Assembly (NCBI GenBank): GCA_964370115.1
Contig: CAYJIA010000002.1
Coordinates: 9,361-73,360 of the forward strand
Source: an uncultured Eubacteriales bacterium
GTDB taxonomy: Bacteria; Bacillota; Clostridia; Oscillospirales; Acutalibacteraceae
Direction of reading: 5' to 3'
DNA length: 64,000 nt
Numbering within the stretch: position 1 is the stretch's first letter; the number at the start of each line of letters is the position of its first letter. The position numbers and the translations under genes were made by a program. The notes under the pieces are model-generated. The model was not told the origin of the DNA. It worked only from the letters and a program-made list of their open reading frames with translations, and searched no databases. Below are positions 18,146 to 27,515 of the stretch, one piece after another.

Positions 18146-18937
18146 ATGTTTCTACCAGACAAGCAAAGGCAAAAATTAGTTACCGTTCCTGTGGCTAAAG
18201 TTTTGCCAAATCCAGCACAGCCAAGAAAGAAATTCAATAGCGAGGACATAAGCTCGCTTGCTAGAAGCATAGAGGAAAATGGCTTAATACAGCCAATTAT
18301 CGTTAAAAGAGTAGAAAAAAATTACATATTAATTGCAGGCGAGAGAAGATTTCGTGCAGCAAAAATGATAGGATTAAAAGAGATAAATGCAATAGTTTCT
18401 GAGTGCACAGACCGTGAGTCGGCAACGCTTGCAATAATTGAAAATATGCAAAGGAAAAATCTATCTATCTTTGAAGAGGCATATTCAATCTATGCACTTA
18501 TAAAAGAATGGGAGATTACTCAAGAAGAGGCATCGAGAAAACTCGACATGAGTCAGTCGGCAATTGCGAACAAGCTAAGGCTTTTGAAACTTTCGATTGA
18601 AGAGCAAAAACTAATAGAAGAAAAGAAGCTTACAGAAAGACACGCAAGGGCTATACTTAAAATTAGCGACAGAGAACTAAGGATTAAAACTTTAGGTGAA
18701 ATTATAGAAAGAGGACTAAATGTAAAAAAGTCTGAGGAATATATTGAAAAAGTCCTAAACCCTGTTAAAAAACAGGTAAAAAAGGGGTTTATACGTGGCG
18801 ACATAAGAGTTTTTATGAACACAATAAACCAGGCGGTTTCCACCATGCTCACGGCAGGAATTGAGGCAAAGTCGGAGAAAACCGAAACCGATGAGTACAT
18901 TGAATGTGTGGTAAGAATTGTAAAACCGCAAAATTAA
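18146..18937 (+). CDS. ParB/Noc-family DNA-binding protein (second ParB paralogue)
   Basis: 263 aa with a ParB N-terminal box IAGERRFRAAK and a central HTH (MSQSAIANKLRLLKL). It sits upstream of soj in the position Noc occupies in Bacilli. Confidence 0.8.
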   Translation: MFLPDKQRQKLVTVPVAKVLPNPAQPRKKFNSEDISSLARSIEENGLIQPIIVKRVEKNYILIAGERRFRAAKMIGLKEINAIVSECTDRESATLAIIENMQRKNLSIFEEAYSIYALIKEWEITQEEASRKLDMSQSAIANKLRLLKLSIEEQKLIEEKKLTERHARAILKISDRELRIKTLGEIIERGLNVKKSEEYIEKVLNPVKKQVKKGFIRGDIRVFMNTINQAVSTMLTAGIEAKSEKTETDEYIECVVRIVKPQN

Positions 18938-18981
18938 ATTAGAGTACAAGAGCGACCCATTCCCTTATTCATTTCCCAAAG

Positions 18982-19022
18982 GAAAAACACTCTCCAAAAA
19001 AAAAGGAGGGTGTTTTTCTTTT
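18982..19022 (+). terminator. intrinsic terminator after the ParB/Noc-like gene
   Basis: GAAAAACACTCTCC-aaaaaaaaa-GGAGGGTGTTTTTC followed by TTTT. Confidence 0.7.
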
Positions 19023-19125
19023 GGACTAATGACTAAAGGTGAAAGGTGAAAGACTTAAGGTTCACGCCAACGGCGTGTTATAAATATAAAAAATGCTTTG
19101 CATTTTTCACTACAATTATTAATTA
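19023..19125 (-). repeat. composite AT-armed repeat (minus orientation)
   Basis: The reverse complement reads taattaataattGTAGTGAAAAATGCaaaGCATTTTTTatatttataaCACGCCgttGGCGTGAACCttaag plus an arm gtctttcacctttcacctttagtcattagtcc. Its core is near-identical to the copy at 36598..36720. Confidence 0.8.
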
Positions 19126-19149
19126 CAAAATGGCAAGCCATTTTACAAA

Positions 19150-19165
19150 TGTTTCACGTGAAACA
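19150..19165. promoter_or_regulatory. parS: parS centromere-like site upstream of soj
   Basis: TGTTTCACGTGAAACA, identical to the copy at 15085..15100 and about 90 bp upstream of soj. Confidence 0.85.
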
Positions 19166-19257
19166 TTTTGTGAAAAGTCATAAATTTTAAAAAACAGCAT
19201 AAATATTAAAAGTCAACTCTTTATTTTAAGAAAAATATGTGGTAAAATAAATACAAC

Positions 19258-20046
19258 ATGCGAAAGGACTGGTATAATTATATGGGGAAAATAATCTCAA
19301 TTGCCAACCAAAAAGGCGGAGTTGGAAAGACTACTACTGCGGTAAACTTGTCCGCATCTTTAAGTTTAAAGGGAAACAAGGTCTTACTTGTCGACTTGGA
19401 CCCACAAGGAAACTCAACTAGCGGTGTCGGAATAGACAGGCGCTCGTTAAATCACAGCTCCTACACCCTTATTTCAGGCGAAAGTCAGGCGAAAAATGCG
19501 GTTATTAAGACAGAATTTCAAAATTTGAGTATAATTCCCTCTGATATTAACCTTGCAGCGGCAGAAATCGAGCTAGCTTCAATGGAAGATAGAGAATTTA
19601 GGGTAAAGTCCTTTTTAGCCCCTGTAAGGGAAGATTTTGATTATATAATTATAGATTGTCCACCGTCACTTGGCATGATTACAATTAATGCGCTCAGTGC
19701 AAGCGACACAATTTTAATACCAATTCAGTGCGAGTATTACGCACTTGAGGGCTTGTCCCAACTTATGAACAGCGTAAGAATTATAAAGAGACAGTTTAAT
19801 GAAAGACTTGAAATAGAGGGCGTTTTACTCACCATGTATGATGGAAGGCTCAACCTTACACAACAGGTTGTGGCTGAGGTGAAAAAATACTTTCCAAAAA
19901 AAGTGTTTAAAACCGTAATTCCAAGGGCGGTAAGACTTTCAGAGGCACCAAGTTTTGGACAGCCGATTACATATTATGACAAATCGGGAAAAGGCGCCAT
20001 AGCATACCTAGAGCTTGCGAAAGAACTTAAACAAAAAAACAAATAA
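19258..20046 (+). CDS. soj: chromosome partitioning ATPase ParA/Soj
   Basis: Deviant Walker A NQKGGVGKTT. ParA family throughout. The true start may be the ATG at 19282 (MGKIISIANQKGG). Confidence 0.93.
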   Translation: MRKDWYNYMGKIISIANQKGGVGKTTTAVNLSASLSLKGNKVLLVDLDPQGNSTSGVGIDRRSLNHSSYTLISGESQAKNAVIKTEFQNLSIIPSDINLAAAEIELASMEDREFRVKSFLAPVREDFDYIIIDCPPSLGMITINALSASDTILIPIQCEYYALEGLSQLMNSVRIIKRQFNERLEIEGVLLTMYDGRLNLTQQVVAEVKKYFPKKVFKTVIPRAVRLSEAPSFGQPITYYDKSGKGAIAYLELAKELKQKNK

Positions 20047-20061
20047 GGAGTGTTTATATAA

Positions 20062-20898
20062 ATGAAGAAGACAGGACTTGGCAAAGGTCTTGACAGCATT
20101 TTTGCTGAAAACACACAGGAAGATGGTGCAGTTTCACTAAAACTACACGACATAGAACCAAATAAAAGCCAGCCGAGAAAGGCGTTTGACGATAAAGCTC
20201 TAAACGAGCTTGCAGATTCAATAGCACAACACGGAATAATTCAGCCGATTTTGGTAAGACCGATATATACAGGTGGGTATCAAATCGTCGCAGGCGAAAG
20301 AAGATGGCGTGCCGCTAGAATGGCAGGATTAAAAGAAGTTCCAGCTCTTGTAAAAGAGATGGACGACACCACCTTTATGCAACTTGCGCTTATCGAAAAC
20401 TTACAAAGAGAAGACCTAAGCGCTATGGAAGAAGCAAAAGGATATGAAAACCTAATCGAAGAACATCAAATGAGCCAAGAAGAAGTAGCGAAAATTATAG
20501 GAAAATCTCGACCAGCAATTACAAACGCACTAAGGCTTTTAAACTTGCCGGAAGAAGTACAAAAAATGCTTGAAGAAGAGCAAATTTCCGCAGGACACGC
20601 AAGGGCGCTTTTAAGCTTAAAAAATGAAGAGCAAATGATAGAATACGCAAAAAAAACAGTGCAAAATTCTTACTCGGTAAGAGAGCTTGAAAGCATTTGC
20701 AAGAAAATTCTGAGCGAAGCAAAACCAAAACCAAAAGTCGAAAAAGCTCATTATTATAGCGAAGTGCAACTTGCGCTTAATGAATATTTAGGAAGAAAAG
20801 TTAATGTCTCTGGCTCAAAGAAAAAAGGAGTTTTGCAAATTGAGTTTTATGGAGAGGACGACCTAAAAGCACTGATAGACAGCATGAACATGAAGTAA
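20062..20898 (+). CDS. spo0J: chromosome partitioning protein ParB/Spo0J
   Basis: 278 aa with [11 protein letters not shown] and an HTH ([15 protein letters not shown]). Directly follows soj. Confidence 0.93.
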   Translation: MKKTGLGKGLDSIFAENTQEDGAVSLKLHDIEPNKSQPRKAFDDKALNELADSIAQHGIIQPILVRPIYTGGYQIVAGERRWRAARMAGLKEVPALVKEMDDTTFMQLALIENLQREDLSAMEEAKGYENLIEEHQMSQEEVAKIIGKSRPAITNALRLLNLPEEVQKMLEEEQISAGHARALLSLKNEEQMIEYAKKTVQNSYSVRELESICKKILSEAKPKPKVEKAHYYSEVQLALNEYLGRKVNVSGSKKKGVLQIEFYGEDDLKALIDSMNMK

Positions 20899-20912
20899 AA
20901 AGGAGTTTATTA

Positions 20913-23147
20913 ATGGAAAAATACACAGCATGGGAAAATTTTGAAGAAGGACTTTGGCAAGAAAAAATTGATGTAAGAAACTTTATTCAATTAAACTACA
21001 AACCATACGAGGGGAATGCAGATTTCCTAGCAAGCGCAACGGCTAGAACCACCGAACTTATGGATAAATTAAACGATTTGTTCAAGCAAGAGAGGGCAAA
21101 AGGTGGAGTTTTAGACGTAGATGCCGAAACAGTTTCGTCACTCACAAGCTATAAAGCAGGATATCTTGATAAAGAAAAAGAGCTTATTGTGGGTCTTCAA
21201 ACAGATGCACCGCTAAAAAGAGGTGTAAATCCATTTGGCGGAATTAAAATGGCGCGTTCGGCGCTTACTTCATACGGATATAAACTAAGCGATAAAATAG
21301 AAGACGAATTTAATTTTAGAACCACACACAATGACGGTGTTTTTAGGGCTTACACAACAGAGATGAAAAAGGCTAGAAAAAGCGGAATTGTCACAGGTCT
21401 TCCAGATGCATACGGTAGAGGCCGAATTATAGGCGACTATAGAAGGGCGGCGCTTTATGGAATTGATAGACTTATCGAGGAAAAAACTAAAGATAAAGAC
21501 GCCTTATCTGTTTTAAGTATGGAGTCAGACGTTGTTAGAAAAAGTGAAGAACTTTATCAACAAATCGTATTTTTAGGAAAAATGAAAGAAATGGCAGAAA
21601 TATATGGCTATGACATTTCAAAACCTGCAACAACTACAAAAGAGGCTATACAGTGGCTATACTTCTCGTATCTTGCTGCAATAAAAGAACAAAACGGCGC
21701 CGCTATGTCGCTTGGCAGAGTGAGCACTTTCTTAGATATATATATTCAAAGAGATTTTGAAAGAGGAATTTTAACGGAAGAAACAGCACAAGAGCTTGTG
21801 GACGATTTCGTTATGAAGCTAAGAATGGCAAGGCATCTAAGAACGCCAGAATACAACGAGCTTTTCGGAGGAGATCCTATGTGGATAACCGAAGCCTTGG
21901 GCGGAATGGGCGAAGACGGAAGAACGCTTGTTTCTAAAACGACATTTAGAATGTTAAACACCCTCTACACCCTAGGTAGCTCACCAGAGCCTAACCTTAC
22001 CATCCTATGGTCAAATAAACTTCCTAAAGGATTTAAAAATTTCTGTGCAAAAGTCAGCATAGACACAGACTCTATACAGTACGAAAATGACGACGTAATG
22101 CGCCCACATTTTGGCGATGATTACGCCATTGCGTGTTGTGTATCGGCTATGAAAATTGGCAAGCAAATGCAGTTTTTCGGTGCACGTTGCAACCTGCCAA
22201 AACTAATGCTTTTGGCTTTAAACGGTGGTTTTGACACCACAAGTGGTATAAATTTAGGACCTCAAAAGAATGTTGTAAATCAAGATGTTTTAGACTATGA
22301 AACAGTAAATTACAGGCTAAATGAATACATGGAGTGGCTGTCTCACCTATACGTCAACACCATGAATATAATTCACTATATGCACGATAAATATGCGTAT
22401 GAAAAATCTCAAATGGCACTGCACGACTCAGAGGTCGAAAGACTTATGGCGTTTGGTATAGCAGGACTTTCTGTCATGGCAGACTCTTTAAGCGCAGTAA
22501 AATACGCAAAAGTAATGCCGATTAAAGACGAAAACGGATATATAGTCGACTTTAAAGTAGAGGGAGATTTCCCAAAATACGGAAACGACGACGACAGAGT
22601 AGACCTAATTGCAAAAGATATCTGTCACAAGTTTATTAATTATTTAAGAAAAACAAAGACTTATAGAAAATCAATTCACACGCTTTCTGTTTTGACAATA
22701 ACTTCAAATGTAATGTACGGCAAAAAAACAGGTGCAACACCAGACGGAAGAAAAGCAGGACAAGCCTTTGCACCGGGTGCAAACCCAATGCACAACAGAG
22801 AAGAACACGGCGCACTTGCCTCGCTTAACTCAGTTGCAAAAATTTCTTACGAAGACTGCATGGACGGAATATCAAATACTTTCTCAATTACTCCTCAAGC
22901 CTTAGGAAATGAAGCGCTACAAAGAGTTGAAAACCTCGTCACGATTTTAGACGGATATTTCATTAAAAAAGCTCACCATATTAATGTAAACGTGCTAAAT
23001 CAAAAAATGCTTATGGAAGCATACGAAAACCCAGAAGCTTACCCAAATCTTACAATTAGGGTTTCGGGATACGCTGTAAACTTCAACAAGCTTTCAAAAG
23101 AGCAACAAAAAGAAGTAATAAGCAGGACTTTCCACATTTCTTTATAA
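20913..23147 (+). CDS. pflB: formate C-acetyltransferase (pyruvate formate-lyase)
   Basis: 744 aa with glycyl-radical motif RVSGYAV and active-site IACCVSAMK. It starts 14 nt after the spo0J stop with no intervening terminator. Confidence 0.95.
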   Translation: MEKYTAWENFEEGLWQEKIDVRNFIQLNYKPYEGNADFLASATARTTELMDKLNDLFKQERAKGGVLDVDAETVSSLTSYKAGYLDKEKELIVGLQTDAPLKRGVNPFGGIKMARSALTSYGYKLSDKIEDEFNFRTTHNDGVFRAYTTEMKKARKSGIVTGLPDAYGRGRIIGDYRRAALYGIDRLIEEKTKDKDALSVLSMESDVVRKSEELYQQIVFLGKMKEMAEIYGYDISKPATTTKEAIQWLYFSYLAAIKEQNGAAMSLGRVSTFLDIYIQRDFERGILTEETAQELVDDFVMKLRMARHLRTPEYNELFGGDPMWITEALGGMGEDGRTLVSKTTFRMLNTLYTLGSSPEPNLTILWSNKLPKGFKNFCAKVSIDTDSIQYENDDVMRPHFGDDYAIACCVSAMKIGKQMQFFGARCNLPKLMLLALNGGFDTTSGINLGPQKNVVNQDVLDYETVNYRLNEYMEWLSHLYVNTMNIIHYMHDKYAYEKSQMALHDSEVERLMAFGIAGLSVMADSLSAVKYAKVMPIKDENGYIVDFKVEGDFPKYGNDDDRVDLIAKDICHKFINYLRKTKTYRKSIHTLSVLTITSNVMYGKKTGATPDGRKAGQAFAPGANPMHNREEHGALASLNSVAKISYEDCMDGISNTFSITPQALGNEALQRVENLVTILDGYFIKKAHHINVNVLNQKMLMEAYENPEAYPNLTIRVSGYAVNFNKLSKEQQKEVISRTFHISL

Positions 23148-23156
23148 AAAGGTAAA

Positions 23157-23867
23157 ATGATAGCTAAAATAAATTCACTGCAAAGTCTAGGCGCAAGCGA
23201 CGGCCCCGGCATAAGATACGTAGTTTTTATGCAGGGCTGTAACCTGCGTTGTGGCTGTTGCCATAACCCCGAAACTTGGGATATGACGGGCGGAACCGAC
23301 ATGACAAGTGACCAAGTTTTTGAAAAAATATTAAGATACAAACCGTACTTTGGAGAGCACGGCGGCATTACAGTATCTGGTGGAGAAGCTTTGTTGCAGG
23401 CAAAATTTGTGGCAGAGCTTTTTACTCTTGCCAAAAAGTCGAAGAAAAATAAAATTCACACCTGCCTTGACACAGCGGGACATATAATGAATTCAAACGT
23501 AACAGAACTGCTAAATGTAACAGACCATGTATTGCTAGATATTAAGTACTGCACCGAAGAGGACTACCAAAAGTACGTGCGCTGTTCGCTTAAAAAGGTC
23601 TTAGAATTTTTAGAAATACTAGGCGAAAAAAACATAAAAACAACGCTGAGAACAGTAATAATCCCAACAAAAAACGACAATGAAAAAATGATAGAGTTTT
23701 TAAACATGCTAAAACAAAAGCATAAAAACGTGGATAAAATAGAACTTTTACCGTTCAGTAACGTCTGTATAACAAAATATGAGAATATGGATACTCAGTT
23801 TCCATTTAAAGATATCCCAGTCCCGACAAAGGAAAAAATGGAGGAGCTGAGGAGACTAGTTAATTAA
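23157..23867 (+). CDS. pflA: pyruvate formate-lyase activating enzyme (radical SAM)
   Basis: CNLRCGCCHNPETW cluster motif and GGITVSGGEAL. Confidence 0.93.
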   Translation: MIAKINSLQSLGASDGPGIRYVVFMQGCNLRCGCCHNPETWDMTGGTDMTSDQVFEKILRYKPYFGEHGGITVSGGEALLQAKFVAELFTLAKKSKKNKIHTCLDTAGHIMNSNVTELLNVTDHVLLDIKYCTEEDYQKYVRCSLKKVLEFLEILGEKNIKTTLRTVIIPTKNDNEKMIEFLNMLKQKHKNVDKIELLPFSNVCITKYENMDTQFPFKDIPVPTKEKMEELRRLVN

Positions 23868-23990
23868 TAATTAATAATGAATAATTAATAATTGTGGAAC
23901 ACGCCTCTGGCGTGTTTTTAATTATAAAATCCGAAGGATTTTCGCAACAATTCTCCATTCTCCATTCTCCATTATTAATTCTCAATTCCA
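23862..23990. repeat. composite AT-armed repeat, module order rearranged
   Basis: Starts at the pflA stop: ttaattaataattaataatgaataattaataatt-GTGG-AACACGCC-tct-GGCGTGTT. Then AAAATCC-gaa-GGATTTTCGCAAC in the opposite orientation, and a right arm aattctccattctccattctccattattaattctcaatt. Confidence 0.75.
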
Positions 23991-24002
23991 AACTTTCAAC
24001 TA

Positions 24003-24033
24003 AAAAAAATCGACCCGAAGGTCGATTTTTTTT
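24003..24033. terminator. bidirectional intrinsic terminator (htrA / pflA side)
   Basis: AAAAAAAATCGACC-cgaa-GGTCGATTTTTTTT, with A and T tracts on both sides. Confidence 0.8.
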
Positions 24034-25471
24034 AGTTATCCACAGGATTATTAGCTATTACTCTTTCATACTGCGCTAGGGTCACGGTTATTTCCATTCC
24101 TATTTTGCCCTCTAGTTGTCTGTCTACTGTCAGTGTGACTGTGTCCCCTGGGCTTTTTGTTGTGACTAGTGAAGTTATAGTTTGAGCGGTTGTGACTTCT
24201 ACATCGTCGATATGTGTTATTATATCGCCCTCTTTTAGTCCTGCCGCCACAGCTTCTTCAGTTGTGACTTCAGCTACATACATACCAGAGCTTAGCCCGT
24301 AAAAACTAGCAGTCATAGCATCTAGATATTGTCCTGAAATACCAACTATTGCCCTGTCATATACATATCCGTACTCTCTAAGGTCAGATATAATAGGTTG
24401 CGCTACTTCTGTAGGTATCGCAAATCCTAGGCTTTCATAGCCCTCTGCAACGATTTTTATAGTGTTAATTCCTATTACTTGTCCGTACTCGTTTACAAGC
24501 GCACCGCCTGAGTTACCAGGGCTTATAGCTGCGTCTGTTTGAATGTAGTTCATAGTGTAGCCTGAGTCGCTTGTGACCTCACGGTTTAGTCCCGATACAT
24601 AACCCACTGTTACAGTCGAGCTAAATGCCACACCGCCTGGGTTTCCTATTGCCACAACTTGCTCACCTACTGATAGGTCGTCGGCCGAGCCAAACTCTGC
24701 TGGAGTAAGGCCTGTTGCCTCAATTTTTAAAAGTGCAAGGTCGGTTACTTCGTCTTGACCTACGAGTGTTGCCTCGTAAGTATCGCCGTTGTGTAAAACT
24801 ACTTTATAAGAAGTTGCGTCTGCAATAACGTGTTGATTTGTCACGATATAGCCGTCTTCTGTCATTACTATGCCAGAGCCCTCACCTATCGCTGTGGGTT
24901 CACTGCTTTGACCTCCCATAAAGCCTTGGCTAGTAGGGGCAAAAGCCTGTACAGCTACTACGGATGGAACAACTTTGTCAGAAATTTCTTCTGGAGTTAA
25001 AACGCCTGTCGAGCTCGTAGTGGTTTGCGTGGCGCTCTCGTCAATTATTTTTGTAATAGTAAATGCGCTGTTACCGTCTGTTCCACTTTCAACATTTATC
25101 ACGCCCGACTGTATCATCACCACAAATGCTCCAACGGATACCGCTGCCGAGAAAGCACAGCACAAGGCGCCTGCCATAACTTTTACCCAAGTCTTTGTAC
25201 CACTCTTAGCCTTTTTCTCATTTTGCGGTGGAAGTGGTGCCTGTGGTGGCACGTAATTTGTGTTTTGCTCACTCCCCCATGTGTAATAAGAGTTTTGATG
25301 CTCTACAGGTGGTGTGTATCTATAACTGCCGTCCTCTTGTATCGGTGAGGCGTTATTTATATTGTTGTTTTCATAAATATTATTTTGATTGTTAGTGTCT
25401 TGTGTGTCTTGTGGATTGTTGTGCTCTGGTTCTCTGTTGTTGTTTTCATATGGATTATACATAAAATTCAC
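24032..25471 (-). CDS. htrA: HtrA/DegP-family serine protease with PDZ domain
   Basis: 479 aa. Catalytic residues appear in TNQHVI, DLALLKI and GNSGGAL. There is a C-terminal PDZ, an N-terminal Asn/Gln-rich low-complexity tail, then one TM helix. Confidence 0.9.
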   Translation of the reverse strand: MNFMYNPYENNNREPEHNNPQDTQDTNNQNNIYENNNINNASPIQEDGSYRYTPPVEHQNSYYTWGSEQNTNYVPPQAPLPPQNEKKAKSGTKTWVKVMAGALCCAFSAAVSVGAFVVMIQSGVINVESGTDGNSAFTITKIIDESATQTTTSSTGVLTPEEISDKVVPSVVAVQAFAPTSQGFMGGQSSEPTAIGEGSGIVMTEDGYIVTNQHVIADATSYKVVLHNGDTYEATLVGQDEVTDLALLKIEATGLTPAEFGSADDLSVGEQVVAIGNPGGVAFSSTVTVGYVSGLNREVTSDSGYTMNYIQTDAAISPGNSGGALVNEYGQVIGINTIKIVAEGYESLGFAIPTEVAQPIISDLREYGYVYDRAIVGISGQYLDAMTASFYGLSSGMYVAEVTTEEAVAAGLKEGDIITHIDDVEVTTAQTITSLVTTKSPGDTVTLTVDRQLEGKIGMEITVTLAQYERVIANNPVDN

Positions 25472-25596
25472 TCCTTCTATTAATATCGTCGTATAATCGG
25501 TGGTTTGTTGTTATGTTAGTATTATGCACCGACTATGTGAAGACAATGTGATAGAAAGAGTGAATGTTTGATGAAGATTTGATGATAGTTTAGAGC

Positions 25597-25745
25597 GAAT
25601 TTAAATTGTGGTAAATTTCGGGCGAATGATATCCGCCCCTACAACGGAAAACATTAAATTATACTGTAGGGGCGAACCTGTGTGTTCGCCAGTAGGGTTT
25701 CCGCAAATCCAAGGCAAGAGCAGAGCCCTTGCCCTACGATTTAAA
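25597..25745. repeat. REP-like hairpin cluster (types D, A, B)
   Basis: GGGCGAAT-gat-ATCCGCCC-CTAC (25621-25643, minus orientation). GTAG-GGGCGAAC-ctgtgt-GTTCGCC (25667-25691). GGCAAGAGC-aga-GCCCTTGCC-CTAC (25714-25738, minus orientation). All carry the same linker motifs as the array at 26300..26852. Confidence 0.85.
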
Positions 25746-25772
25746 ATGTAGTTTATATGAACTCGGCTAGAG

Positions 25773-26138
25773 TTAGCGCAGTATATATCGCCTGCTTTTT
25801 GCCATATTCGCTATCATCATATTTATGGGAATTACAAATAAATTAATCGCAAGTAAGCTGAAAAAAATATTTTGAGGATACCATGCTACGCCTGTTTGTG
25901 AACCTATATTTAGAAATTGAAATATATTCATAGGACCTAAATCATTATAAGAATGAAGTTCAATCCACGGGAAAATCAGTCCAAATTTATAAAAATAGGC
26001 AATAAATGTGTTATCGGCACCACCAGAAAATAAATATGGAGTTGCTCCGACAGTATGAATGAAGGAAAATAAAAATAGGAATAAAGAAGTTCCAATATTT
26101 GTAGCTTTGTTAAGTCCGTATTTTTTGAACAGTTTCAT
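25773..26138 (-). CDS. small hydrophobic hypothetical protein embedded between repeat clusters
   Basis: 121 aa with several hydrophobic segments and no recognisable motif. Flanked on both sides by the same A+B hairpin pair in direct orientation. Confidence 0.5.
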   Translation of the reverse strand: MKLFKKYGLNKATNIGTSLFLFLFSFIHTVGATPYLFSGGADNTFIAYFYKFGLIFPWIELHSYNDLGPMNIFQFLNIGSQTGVAWYPQNIFFSLLAINLFVIPINMMIANMAKSRRYILR

Positions 26139-26299
26139 AAGTCCACCTCAAAGTTCTATCCAATTAAAAAAATGAATGATAAATAGTGCACATTATTATC
26201 ACCTACTAATTAAAGCCTTTATATATCTATTATATAATAAGCTGCAACAAATATATATTTATATTAGCAATATAATAATATGAAAAAAATCTTATTTTA

Positions 26300-26852
26300 G
26301 GTGTAGGGGCGACCATTGTTCGCCAGTAGGGTTTCCGCAAATCCAAGGCAAGAGCAGAGCCCTTGCCCTACGGTTAGAAATTGAAATTTGTGAAAAATAA
26401 AAGGGTGCCGAAACGACACCCTTGCAGCGGAAATTTAAATTGTGGTATATTTCGGGCGGATGATATCCGCCCCTACAACGGAAAACATTAAATTTAGGTG
26501 TGGGGTTTCCGCAAATCCAAGGCAAGAGCAGAGCCCTTGCCCTACGATTTTAAATGAAAATTTGTGAAAAATAAAAGGGTGCCGAAACGACACCCCTACG
26601 GTTTTAATTTAAATTGTGGTAAATTTCGGGCAGATGATATCCGCCCCTACAACGGAAAACATTAAATTTAAGTGTAGGGGCGAACCTGTGTGTTCGCCAG
26701 TGGGGTTTTCGCAAAACCCAAGGCAAGAGCAGAGCCCTTGCCCTACGGTTAGAAATTGAAATTTGTGAAAAATAAAAGGGTGCCGAAACGACACCCTTGC
26801 AGCGGAAATTTAAATTGTGGTATATTTCGGGCGGATGATATCCGCCCCTACG
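26300..26852. repeat. tandem array (3 units, 174 and 201 bp spacing) of four GTAG-flanked GC-rich hairpin types
   Basis: Type A: GTAGGGGCGA..TTCGCC at 26303 and 26673 (missing in unit 2). Type B: GGCAAGAGCAGAGCCCTTGCC-CTAC at 26347, 26521, 26722. Type C: GGGTGCCGAAACGACACCC at 26403, 26577, 26778. Type D: GGGCGGATGATATCCGCCC-CTAC at 26454, 26628, 26829. Linkers are conserved: gtttccgcaaatccaa, aaattgaaatttgtgaaaaataaaa, aaatttaaattgtggtatatttc, aacggaaaacattaaattta. Confidence 0.9.
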
Positions 26853-26935
26853 ATTTTAAATTAAAAAATCCAAAGGATTTTCACAACAATTCTACATTCT
26901 CAATTCTACATTCTCCATTATTAATTCTCAATTAT
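26853..26935 (-). repeat. AT-armed repeat abutting the ECF-S gene stop
   Basis: The minus strand reads gat aat TGA (gene end), then gaattaataatggagaatgtagaattgagaatgtagaatt-GTTG-TGAAAATCC-ttt-GGATTTTTT. Confidence 0.75.
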
Positions 26936-27491
26936 CCAAAAGCCCGCTTTTGGATAAAGCCAATTTCACCGTCATACATAGTGGAACTGCTATTATTATT
27001 GCTATTACTGCGTTAATGCTTGATGTGCCCAGTCTTGTTATCATTGACGGGATAAGTGCCTCGGGGACACTTCCCTCTAATAGCCCCGACACATAGCTTT
27101 TTGAAAGATATAAGATTATATAGGCAATTTGCCCCATTGCACAAAAGCTTATTCTGGTAACTAAAAGTTTTACACCTGTGGATTTTGACTTTGCTATAAA
27201 TCCAGGCAGCATTGCGAGTATGAATTTAAACACAAAGGTAAACGGCGCCGAGGTGATGTACACAGGGTTTGTAAGGTCGTATAGTGCCGAGCCTATGCCT
27301 GCCGAAAGTCCACCGCCCACAGGGCCTAAAATCAGTCCAGACAATAGGCAAAATACATTGCCTAAATGTATACGGCTGACGTCTCCTATTGCGATTGGTA
27401 TAGGTATGCTGATAAAGTTTGAAACAAATACCAGTGCGCCAAACACGCCGATAAGCGCAGTTCTATGTATTTTCTTTTTCTCCAAGTTCAT
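26928..27491 (-). CDS. ECF-transporter substrate-specific (S) component
   Basis: 187 aa, about 6 TM, Gly-rich helix pattern typical of ECF S components (GNVFCLLSGLILGPVGGGLSAGIGSALYDL). Substrate not assignable. Confidence 0.7.
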   Translation of the reverse strand: MNLEKKKIHRTALIGVFGALVFVSNFISIPIPIAIGDVSRIHLGNVFCLLSGLILGPVGGGLSAGIGSALYDLTNPVYITSAPFTFVFKFILAMLPGFIAKSKSTGVKLLVTRISFCAMGQIAYIILYLSKSYVSGLLEGSVPEALIPSMITRLGTSSINAVIAIIIAVPLCMTVKLALSKSGLLDN

Positions 27492-27515
27492 TTCCTCCTA
27501 AATAAAAACCCTAAA

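Noticed and set aside
24036-24044. Perfect DnaA box TTATCCACA
   Set aside because: It is a single isolated 9-mer overlapping the last codons of htrA, and a single match is expected by chance in 128 kb of two-strand sequence.
23894-24079. Track ORF 23894..24079 (+), 61 aa
   Set aside because: It lies entirely in the composite repeat and terminator between pflA and htrA (peptide ...FSILHSPLLILNSKL, also produced by the repeat at 26890-26935).
25597-26852. Possible CRISPR array
   Set aside because: There is no single constant repeat separated by unique spacers. Every module, including the 'spacers', recurs elsewhere in the window in both orientations. Unit spacing is 174/201 bp, and no cas genes are present.
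26292-27016. Three track ORFs (26292..26525 -, 26609..26794 -, 26756..27016 +) inside the hairpin array
   Set aside because: They are made entirely of repeat modules. Their peptides repeat each other (PWICGNPT..., RGGYHPPE...), they have no RBS, and the same sequences occur in both orientations elsewhere. They are repeat artefacts, not genes.
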